From assembly GCA_045659805.1 (NCBI GenBank), contig JAZRCR010000094.1, positions 29,684 through 93,683 on the forward strand: 64,000 nucleotides of DNA, read 5' to 3'. This stretch comes from Acetatifactor sp. (lineage in GTDB: Bacteria > Bacillota > Clostridia > Lachnospirales > Lachnospiraceae). A program made the position numbers and the translations under genes. Under the pieces are notes generated by a model. The model ran no database searches. It was not told the origin of the DNA and saw only the letters and a list, made by a program, of their open reading frames with translations. Positions 40,304 through 49,200 of this stretch are shown here, piece by piece; position 1 is the first letter of the stretch, and each line of letters begins with the position of its first letter.

Positions 40304-41527
40304 ATGGTACAGCGCAAAGAATACTTAGATCAGCTCAAACAATGGAAAGATGAAAAGGTAATAAAAGTGATTACCGGAATCCGTCGCTGCGGTAAGTCTA
40401 CCCTTTTGGAGCTGTATCGGGAATATTTGAAAACACAAGGCATAGAAGATGAACAGATCATATCAATAAACTTTGAAGAGCTGGAATACGAAGAACTTTT
40501 GAACTATAAAGTTTTATATAATTATGTGAAGGAAAGGCTGCATAAAACAAAACTGACCTATGTTTTTCTGGATGAAATACAGCAAGTGCCGGATTTTCAG
40601 AAAGCAGTAGACAGTCTTTATGTTAAAGATAACGTGGATGTATATATCACCGGGTCCAATGCTTATCTGCTTTCGGGCGAGCTTGCAACGCTTCTTTCGG
40701 GAAGATATATTGAGATCAGCATGCTCCCGCTCTCTTTTGCTGAGTTCTGTCATCTGAAGCCGACCGGAGATAAAGAGGCTTTATTTGCCGAATATATGAA
40801 ATATGGTGGCTTTCCGTACGTGACATCTCTTGGGGACCGGGCCGATATGATGGACACCTATTTGGAAGGTATCTATAACACCATAATTGTCAAGGATGTG
40901 GAGGAACGCCAAAAGCGCAAAGAAAAGGACCCTAACAAGCGTAAGATTACTGACATAGCACTTTTGAAAAATATATCAAAATTTCTTGCGAGTTCAATAG
41001 GGAGTCCTGTCTCGGTTAAGAGCATTGCCGATTACGTAACTTCAAGCGGCAGAAAAATTTCTCAGAACACGGTGGATGATTATGTTGAAGCTTTGGTTGA
41101 ACCGTATCTATTTTATCCTGCAGAGCGCTATGATGTGCCTGGCAAACAGCTTCTTAAAAAGAATCAGAAAATGTATATCGTTGACCTCGGCCTTCGTCGG
41201 CATCTGCTCGCAAGGCAAAAATATGATTTGGGTTTTTCCCTCGAAAATATCATTTTCTTTGAACTTTTGCGACGTGGCTACAGTGTAAACGTGGCAAAGG
41301 TTGGTGTGACGGAAGTCGATTTTGTAGGAAGAAAGAATGACAAGGTTCTTTATTGTCAGGTGACGGCTTCTGTGGTAGAAGAATCTACCTTTGAAAGAGA
41401 AATGGCCCCGCTCAGAAGTATCAGAGATAATCATCCCAAAATGATACTGACCCTTGATCGCTTTACCCTTGGTAATTATGAGGGGATCGAGGTTGTGAAT
41501 GCCATCGATTGGCTCTTAAACAAATAA
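40304..41527 (+). CDS. AAA_14 ATPase with DUF4143 (wHTH and C-terminal PD-(D/E)XK-like) domain
   Basis: ITGIRRCGKST, FLDEIQ, ITGSNA.LLS.EL.T.LSGR, YGGFP, K.Y..D.G, LEN....EL.RRGY, EVDF, QV. Confidence 0.9.
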   Translation: MVQRKEYLDQLKQWKDEKVIKVITGIRRCGKSTLLELYREYLKTQGIEDEQIISINFEELEYEELLNYKVLYNYVKERLHKTKLTYVFLDEIQQVPDFQKAVDSLYVKDNVDVYITGSNAYLLSGELATLLSGRYIEISMLPLSFAEFCHLKPTGDKEALFAEYMKYGGFPYVTSLGDRADMMDTYLEGIYNTIIVKDVEERQKRKEKDPNKRKITDIALLKNISKFLASSIGSPVSVKSIADYVTSSGRKISQNTVDDYVEALVEPYLFYPAERYDVPGKQLLKKNQKMYIVDLGLRRHLLARQKYDLGFSLENIIFFELLRRGYSVNVAKVGVTEVDFVGRKNDKVLYCQVTASVVEESTFEREMAPLRSIRDNHPKMILTLDRFTLGNYEGIEVVNAIDWLLNK

Positions 41528-41566
41528 ACTTTACAGACATATTACATCAAAACATATGAATTATTC

Positions 41567-41601
41567 CAATGGACGATTTCGATTATCGAAATCGTCCATT
41601 G
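41567..41601. terminator. Perfect 17-bp inverted repeat (terminator or cruciform/operator)
   Basis: CAATGGACGATTTCGAT-T-ATCGAAATCGTCCATTG. Confidence 0.6.
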
Positions 41602-41719
41602 TTATTAAAATTATCCATTCATTATCCAAGTGTGATAAAAATGGTCCATTCCAAACAGAAATGAAATGTGATGTAATTAAAATGCAATGTTTTGCAATAA
41701 AAAAACAAGGAGGGATAAA

Positions 41720-43018
41720 GTGAAAGCAAAGAAGACAGTGAACATTGCCATCATTGCCCTGGCATTCCTGTTTGTACTCAGCTGTATGTTTACAGCAGGG
41801 AAAGCAGTGAATGTATATACGGACGTAAATCGGACAAGTGTAAGCCTGGCGCAGAATCTTGCATCCGGTCAGGGGCAGTCAGGCACCGTCAGTCTCTATC
41901 GCGGCAATGCCATGGACGGCGAGCGGTTCGCGGTGGATGGCATGCTTCCCGGGGACAGCTTCAGCTACACTTATGACGTGGATGTTTCATTCAGGAATTC
42001 CGTCATGATGAGCATGAAGATCAATGTCCGGGATGGCTATGAGAAGCTGGCCGAAGTGCTGAAGTTCAAGGTTGAGAACCTTACCGACGACGCAACACTC
42101 TATGACGGCACCGCCAAAGATCTTCCCGCTAAATGGGATAAGGTGTTGTCGACTGCAGCTGCAGAGGGTGAGACTGTCCGCACTACATACGCGATCACCG
42201 CTTATCTGGACAAGAGCGTTGGCAACGACTACCAGAACCTGTCCTTAGTGGCGGATTTTACCTGGGAAGTTGCAGACTATGAGCCCGGAAATCAAGGCGG
42301 AGACGAAGGCAGTAACGAGGGCGGCAATGAAGGCGGTAATGAGAACGACAACCTGATACCTTCATCACCGGCGACCGGTGAAAATGCACTGAAGATCCTG
42401 ATCATTACCAGCACTGCTTTAGGATTGCTTCTTATTATAATGATAATGGTAAGAAAAATCCTTGTGAAGGATCAGGAAAGTAAGAGTCTTAAGCGTTTCA
42501 GACGCAGCGTGACGGGAATCGTGATTCTGTTCGGCGTGCTGTGTACCACCACCATCGCTTATGCCTACTATGTGGCAAAGACGGTGGAGAACAATGAGTT
42601 TACCACAGGCGTGGTAGCTATCAGCTTAAGCAATGAGAGCACTGCGGTAGGAGGGGGAGATATTTTACTCGAGCCCGGCGCTACGTCAGAGAAAGTGTTC
42701 AAACTCACCAATGACAGTACCTGTGAGGTGTATTACAAGCTTTATTTCTCAAACATAGAGGGAGAACTTGCTGACGTGCTTGAGATCACAGTACTTTCCG
42801 AGGATGAGGAAATTTTTGCAGGTATCATGTCAGAGATGACAAGAGAGTCTGCAGCGGCAGCCGATGAGGCTCTTGGCATCGGCGAAGAGAAGGAACTGAA
42901 GGTTCTGTTCCACATGCCGGAGGAATGCGGCAATGAGGCACAGGCACAGAGCATAACCTTTGACATGAATGTGGATGCGGTACAGAGTGTCAACAATCCT
43001 GACAAGGCATTTGAATAG
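41720..43018 (+). CDS. Two-domain TasA/camelysin-like protein with internal SPATG sorting signal and internal SipW-type signal peptide
   Basis: GTG start after AGGAGG; domain 1 MLPGD...LAEVL...LYDG...GNDYQ; (GGNE)n linker; SPATG-TM-RK; KRFRR-hydrophobic-TIAYA/YY..TVENN.F.TG.V.I; domain 2 LEPG.T..K.F...N......Y...LADVL...L..GEE..L...FHMPE..GNEAQ......AVQ..NN. Confidence 0.8.
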   Translation: MKAKKTVNIAIIALAFLFVLSCMFTAGKAVNVYTDVNRTSVSLAQNLASGQGQSGTVSLYRGNAMDGERFAVDGMLPGDSFSYTYDVDVSFRNSVMMSMKINVRDGYEKLAEVLKFKVENLTDDATLYDGTAKDLPAKWDKVLSTAAAEGETVRTTYAITAYLDKSVGNDYQNLSLVADFTWEVADYEPGNQGGDEGSNEGGNEGGNENDNLIPSSPATGENALKILIITSTALGLLLIIMIMVRKILVKDQESKSLKRFRRSVTGIVILFGVLCTTTIAYAYYVAKTVENNEFTTGVVAISLSNESTAVGGGDILLEPGATSEKVFKLTNDSTCEVYYKLYFSNIEGELADVLEITVLSEDEEIFAGIMSEMTRESAAAADEALGIGEEKELKVLFHMPEECGNEAQAQSITFDMNVDAVQSVNNPDKAFE

Positions 43019-43031
43019 GAGGTAACTGTAT

Positions 43032-43583
43032 ATGAAGAATAAGAAAAGACTGTTTTCCTCCTTACATATGATCGTGATGTGCGCGGTACTGCTCTTAGGT
43101 GTGACCTGGGCGTGGTTCAGCGAGAGGATCGAAGTGCCGGGAGGAACCATCAAAGCCGCAGAATACGGAGCCAAAGTGTATGTCAGCAGCGGTGACCAGG
43201 GCTTTGTAGAGCAGGACGGAACCAGCTTTATCGCAGAGAACGGTAAGGTGTATGACATTAAGATCACTGCAACCGGTACCGTAGATGAAATGGACGGTTA
43301 CAGCGTGATCTCCGCCGGAGATATGATCTGGCATACCGCGCCCCTGAATCCGAAAAATGAGATCGTGATCACAGCCAAGTTCCCGGGAACAGGAAGCACG
43401 GAGGTATTTGTTCTTCCCAGCTGGGGAACTTACCGTGAAGAGCTGAACGCCGGTGTGGAAGTGACCAGCGGAGATATCGTGATCACAGGCGGTGATGCTC
43501 CCGCAGTGACAGTTACAGAGGATCCTGCAGAGGAAGAGGGAGCCGCAGGAAAAGAACCGGGAGAAGTGACCGGCAACAATTAA
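43032..43583 (+). CDS. Small SipW-dependent-signal protein (minor subunit/adaptor)
   Basis: MKNKKR-hydrophobic-GVTWA/WFSE......TI.AA, matching the SipW-cognate signal G.T.AWF.D; acidic tail. Confidence 0.75.
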   Translation: MKNKKRLFSSLHMIVMCAVLLLGVTWAWFSERIEVPGGTIKAAEYGAKVYVSSGDQGFVEQDGTSFIAENGKVYDIKITATGTVDEMDGYSVISAGDMIWHTAPLNPKNEIVITAKFPGTGSTEVFVLPSWGTYREELNAGVEVTSGDIVITGGDAPAVTVTEDPAEEEGAAGKEPGEVTGNN

Positions 43584-43647
43584 TTTTTTCCCCAAGGTGT
43601 GAATGGCATGAGACCATTAACATAATAAAATAAGTAGGAGGAGAAAG

Positions 43648-46212
43648 ATGAAATCAAGAAGAACTAAGAAAACATTGATTTCCAGTATGGTATCGTTAGT
43701 ACTGTGCCTGGCAATGCTCGTGGGCTCAACCCTGGCATGGTTTACCGATACCATCAACGTTACGGCTGATCTGAAAGTCGGAACACTCAAAGTTGCTTTA
43801 CAGAAGTATATCGACGATGAGTACAAGAACGTGGGAACCAAGGACAACGACGCTGACTATACCGAGTCAACCGAACCGGTATTTGGCGGAACCAACTGGA
43901 CTCCCAACCAGACAGAGGTTTATTATCTGGCAGTAAGTAATGAAGGAAAACTTGCCTTTAATTACGATATGCAGATCAAACTGGAAGGTGACATGACAGG
44001 TGCTCTCCAGTATGCTATCATCGATGGCTTAAAGGCGGATGATCCTGAAGCAGAAGAAATGGATCTGGCTGTAGAGCAGAAGAAATGGGACCAGATCGTT
44101 GCAAAAGCAGGCGAGCAGACCGGTCTTGTAGAAGAGGGCGAGCTGCAGGCAGCTCCTTACGGACATCTGGAAGCCGAGGCAGTAGATTACTTTGCACTGG
44201 TATTACATATGGACGAGAACGCAGGCAACGAGTATCAGGGAACATACTTTGATGCTAAAATTGTTGTAAATGCCCGTCAGGTATCTTATGTACAGGCAGA
44301 CGGTGAGGAAGATCCTTTTGCCGGCTATACAACCACAAAGGTTTATGATTTTGAAAACGACTTTGTCGTACACAAGGATAACGGTGTTCAGCCTGTTCAG
44401 GGAACCGGTGGAAAGGTTACCAAGGAAACCGAGGCTAACGGTAATAACTACCTGAGCATCAAGTGTCTGGATGATCCCAAGCAGGATGGCTTCCCCAAGA
44501 ACTTCCGCGCAGGGTTCTTAAAGCTGGACGAAGGCGTGACCAATGAGCAGGTGCTGGCTTACTCCTTCGACATTAAGCTGATCAATGAAGAGACTTATCT
44601 GTATATTGGTGTACCCGGCGGCATCAAGCTGCAGGACGGTGCACTTTGGTTTGAGAAGAGCTTGGATGTTGACCGTGAAAATCCCGCTAACATGGTGAAG
44701 TTCCTTGATCTGGTACCCGGACAGTGGCACAACATCATTGTTGTGGTGAACTTTACAGCAGGTGAGGTTTCATACTGGGCAGACGGCGTGAAGAGTGCTG
44801 AAGTTGCAACCAGAACCGGTCTGACAGTTCCTAGTCAGATTAATTTTAACGTATCTCCTCATAACTACCCTGCAACACCGGATAAGACAGCAGATATCGA
44901 GGTTGGTGTCGATAACTTCACAGTTATGGTACCTCCTTATGTAGATCCTTTTGAGGATTATGAAGTTACCAAGAGTTATGATTTTGAAAACGACTTCGTG
45001 GTGCACAAGGATAACGGAGTTGGGCCTTTACAGGGAACCGGCGGAAAGGTTACCAAGGAAACCGAGGAAGACGGCAATAACTACCTGAGCATCAAGTGTC
45101 TGGATGATCCTAAGCAGGATACATTCCCTAAGAACTTCCGTGCAGAATTCTTAAAGCTGAACGAAGGCGTGACCAATGAGCAGGTGCTGGCTTACTCCTT
45201 CGACATTAAGCTGATCAATGAAGAGACTTATCTGTATATCGGTGTTCCCGGCGGCATCAAGCTGCAGGACGGTGCACTTTGGTTTGAGAAGAGCATGGAC
45301 GTTGACCGTGAAGATACAGCCAACCAGGTGAAACTTTTGACCCTGAATGTTGGTGAGTGGCATCATATCGGTGTGGAAGTAAACTTTGTCACCGGCGAAG
45401 TATATTACTATGCTGACGGTGTAAAGAATCCTACCCCTGCAACCAGAACCGGCCTGACAGTTCCTAGCCAGATTAATTTTAACGTATCTCATTATAACTA
45501 CCCTGCGACACCGGATAAGACAGCAGATATCGAGGTTGGTATCGATAACTTTGAAGTTAATGTACCCCCTTATGTAGATCCTTTTGAGGATTATAAATTG
45601 ACCAAGAGTTATGACTTTGAAAACGACTTTGTGGTGCACAAGGATAACGGTGTTCAGCCTGTTCAGGGAACCGGCGGAAAGGTTACCAAGGAAACCGAGG
45701 AAGACGGTAATAACTACCTGAGCATCAAGTGTCTGGATGATCCCAAGCAGGATGGCTTCCCTAAGAACTTCCGTGCAGGCTTCTTAAATCTGAGCGAAGG
45801 CGTGACCGAGGAGCAGGTGCTGGCTTACTCCTTCGACATTAAGCTGATCAATGAAGAGACTTATCTGTACATTGGTGTTCCGGGCGGCATCAAGCTGCAG
45901 GACGGTGCACTTTGGTTTGAAAAGAAAGTGGTGGATGTTGACCGTGAAGATCCCGCCAACGTGGTGAAGCTTTTGACCCTGGATGTTGGTGAGTGGCATC
46001 ATATCGGTGTGGAAGTAAACTTTACCACCGGTGAAGTATATTACTATGCTGACGGTGTGAAGAATCCTACCCCTGCAACCAGAACCGGTCTGACAGTTCC
46101 CGGCGAGATCAGATTTTCCGTAGCTGCTTCCAACTTCCCTGCAACACCGGATAAGACAGCAGATATCGAGGTTGGTATCGATAACTTTGAAGTTAAGATT
46201 CCGACTAAATAG
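43648..46212 (+). CDS. SipW-signal TasA-like protein carrying three ConA/LamG-like beta-sandwich repeats
   Basis: GSTLA/WFTD......L.VG.L.V; W.P......L.V.NEG.LA..Y; LHMDE.AGNEYQG; then 3x ~211-aa YDFE...W..I....F..G.V.Y..DG...DNF.V. Confidence 0.8.
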   Translation: MKSRRTKKTLISSMVSLVLCLAMLVGSTLAWFTDTINVTADLKVGTLKVALQKYIDDEYKNVGTKDNDADYTESTEPVFGGTNWTPNQTEVYYLAVSNEGKLAFNYDMQIKLEGDMTGALQYAIIDGLKADDPEAEEMDLAVEQKKWDQIVAKAGEQTGLVEEGELQAAPYGHLEAEAVDYFALVLHMDENAGNEYQGTYFDAKIVVNARQVSYVQADGEEDPFAGYTTTKVYDFENDFVVHKDNGVQPVQGTGGKVTKETEANGNNYLSIKCLDDPKQDGFPKNFRAGFLKLDEGVTNEQVLAYSFDIKLINEETYLYIGVPGGIKLQDGALWFEKSLDVDRENPANMVKFLDLVPGQWHNIIVVVNFTAGEVSYWADGVKSAEVATRTGLTVPSQINFNVSPHNYPATPDKTADIEVGVDNFTVMVPPYVDPFEDYEVTKSYDFENDFVVHKDNGVGPLQGTGGKVTKETEEDGNNYLSIKCLDDPKQDTFPKNFRAEFLKLNEGVTNEQVLAYSFDIKLINEETYLYIGVPGGIKLQDGALWFEKSMDVDREDTANQVKLLTLNVGEWHHIGVEVNFVTGEVYYYADGVKNPTPATRTGLTVPSQINFNVSHYNYPATPDKTADIEVGIDNFEVNVPPYVDPFEDYKLTKSYDFENDFVVHKDNGVQPVQGTGGKVTKETEEDGNNYLSIKCLDDPKQDGFPKNFRAGFLNLSEGVTEEQVLAYSFDIKLINEETYLYIGVPGGIKLQDGALWFEKKVVDVDREDPANVVKLLTLDVGEWHHIGVEVNFTTGEVYYYADGVKNPTPATRTGLTVPGEIRFSVAASNFPATPDKTADIEVGIDNFEVKIPTK
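44311..46203 (+). repeat. Three tandem ~633-bp intragenic repeats
   Basis: Units start at GATCCTTTTG at 44311, 44944 and 45577 (633-bp spacing) and share long identical stretches. Confidence 0.92.
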
Positions 46213-46265
46213 TATAACAGATCAGAAGTAACAACATTTTAAATTTTTAAAATGGAGGAAAGTAA

Positions 46266-49200
46266 ATGATGAATGGAAAACGCAGATGGCTTTACAGCCT
46301 GCTTTCCCTGGTTCTGTGCGTGGCCATGTTCCTGGGTACCACCCTGGCATGGTTCTCCGATACAATCAGCTTAAGCGGCAGAGTGGAAGCCGGAAAATTA
46401 AAGATCGATTTCCAGAAGTATGACGGCACAGAGTATGTCACCCTTCGCGGCAGCGATAAGAACATCTTTGATGACGGCGATACGGAAACTTACTGGGAGC
46501 CCGGTATGACCAAGATTCTTTACCTTGCAGTTAAGAATCAGGAAACGCTTCCCGTAAAATATCAGATCCTCATTGACGTTTCGGGCATTGAGGCAGAGGA
46601 CGGCACCTTTGAATATGCTCTTTATGATGGCGTACAGGCTCCTTCTGAACAGCAGGCTGCACTGGATGCAACCGCTGACCTGAACGTGGTTGACAGATGG
46701 GCAGAGTTAAAGAAGTTTGACGGCGTACAGAAGGGTACCATCCTGTCTGAAACCTATACTGCAGCACCTCAGGGCAGACTGGACGCTCAGGGCGATGTAG
46801 ACTACTTCGCACTGGCAGTTCATATGAGTGAGGAAGCCGGCAACGAGTATCAGGGCAAAGATATTGATGTAAATGTAACTCTTGAGGCAACTCAGATCGA
46901 CGGCTATCTGGGCGAAGGCCCTTACCTTGGAAACTCTGTAATCCTGAATCAGGATTTTGAGAATAGTGAAGCTTTAATCAAGGCTGCAGGAACCGGTTAT
47001 TTCAAGCAAAGGGTGACCGAGGGTGAAGGAGATAGCGCCAATACATATTTCCTCATTGAGAATACCGGTGCAGCCAACCTGGGCGAGGCTCATTTGACCA
47101 TGAGCCAGCTGGATTCCATGTCTGATTTCGTGGTATATGAATTTGACTTTAAGGTAAAGACTTTAGGCAGCTGGTTTAACCTGTATATTAATCAGAATGA
47201 GTCCCAGGCTTATTCTCTTGGTGTTCTGAAGGTAGACAATACCTTTGTAACTCCTGTCGGAAACTTTGAGCTGGATCTGGATACCTGGTATACCATTGCA
47301 ATCGCAGTGAACTACTATGCAGGAACCATGGATTATTACTGGAACGATGAACTTGTTGGTTCTACAGATCTGCCTTCTCAGTATAATTCTGAGAATAAGA
47401 TCCCCAGCATCCGTTTCCACCGTACCAAGTTCGGTGATTTCGGTAATACAACAGAAAACGATTATTCAATGCCCTTCGCAGTAGGTTTTGATAACCTCAA
47501 AGTCTACGATGCAAAGGCACCCATGGATGACCTTGGTGAGATCGTTAAGGTGATCACCATGACTGATGAGAGCGTATTCCCGGATGAAACCGCTATCATC
47601 AACTCCCTGAGCGGCTATACCGCTGTTCACAAGGTAAACGGTCTGGTATTCGTAAACGGCGAGAAGGAATTCCTTCCTACAGTTCCCTGGACTGATGGCG
47701 ACAAGACCATGATCAAGACTGCTGAGCTGGCTTCCATTCTGGGCGTAACCCTGCCGGACGGCACTGCAGCTGACATGGATGTGGAAGAGTTCTACACAAC
47801 CGTACTGAATAAGACAGTTACCACAGATGATGATACTGTTTACAACAACGGTCTGGTGATTGCAGGTGATACTGCATATACACTTCCTACAGATGCAGAT
47901 GAGTTGAAGGCTCTCACCGACTACCTGTTCTTCTTGAGACCTTCTGACGATGACCTGATGGAGATGTACAATGCTTCTTCCATGAAGGGTGTACACCCTC
48001 GTATCCAGGCAACTGCTGATGACTTTGCGAGAATTCGTCAGATCTACAATGACAAGTCCGATCCCGACATTTATGCATGGGCACAGGCTGTAATCTATAC
48101 CGCAGATGCTACCATGGATAAGGATCCCGTATTCTATGAGCTGAGAGACGGTAGCAGACTTCTGGCAGTCAGCCGTGAGGTGCTGAGCAAGATGTATGCA
48201 TACGGTATGGCATATCAGATCACACAGGATCAGAAGTATGCTGACCGCGGCTTCAAAGAGCTGAAAGCAGTATGTGAGTTTATGGACTGGCATCCTTCTC
48301 ATGCTTTGGATACCGGTGAAATGGCAGCAGCTGTCGCTATCGGTTACGACTGGCTGTACGAAGCACTGACCCCTGCAGAGCGAAAGATTGTAGAGCAGGG
48401 TATGTACAACAATGCATTCTATGATGCCATGATCCTGTATCAGACTGCTGACGGTCACATGACCCCCGGATGCTTTGGTGAAAGTAACTGGAACAACGTT
48501 GTCAGTGGCGGCCTGATCGTGGGTGCGCTCTCCATGCTGGATGTATATCCCGATGAGGCTTCCAGAATCCTGCAGCACGCAGTGAGGTCTGCAGACATCT
48601 ATCTGTTCCGCTATGCTCCTATCGGTGCATGGTATGAAGGTCCCAGCTATTGGGATTATGCAACCACCTATATGGTTAAGGCACATTCCGCTCTGGAGAC
48701 CACCCTTGGCACTGACCTGAGGCTGGGTCTGGCAGAAGGTGTGAGAAACGCGGCTAACTATATCATTGATATGCAGAGTGACAACGGAACCTTCAACATC
48801 GGTGACGGTATCACTTCCAAGATTTATACACCGGAACTGTTCTATCTGGCAGATAAGTATGATAATCCTGCTGTCTCTGCCATTACCATGGAGAAATCTA
48901 ACCGTAAGATGGGTACCGGGGAGCACCTGGCGCTGGGACTGCTTTGGTATGATCCCGCCACATCCGGAAGTATTGACGAATTTGAACTGGATGCAATTTA
49001 TTATGACAGAGACAATGGTGTTGTAACCATGCATGACACCTTTGAGAGTGGCGAGACTACTTTCGCGGCGATCCACGCAGGTACCAACAATCTGAGCCAT
49101 GCACATCTGGATGCCGGAAGCTTTACCTTTGTAAGTGACGGCGTTACATGGGTGGAAGAGCTTGGTCAGGACAACTATAACCAGGGCGGTTACTGGGATG

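Noticed and set aside
41595-41652. TCCATT/TCCAAG direct repeats as LytTR boxes for the TasA operon
   Set aside because: Spacings of 19, 11 and 20 bp are irregular and one copy belongs to the palindrome; too weak to call
44311-46203. Repeats as CRISPR array or mobile element
   Set aside because: Units are 633 bp, in frame, contiguous and have no spacers; this is an intragenic domain triplication
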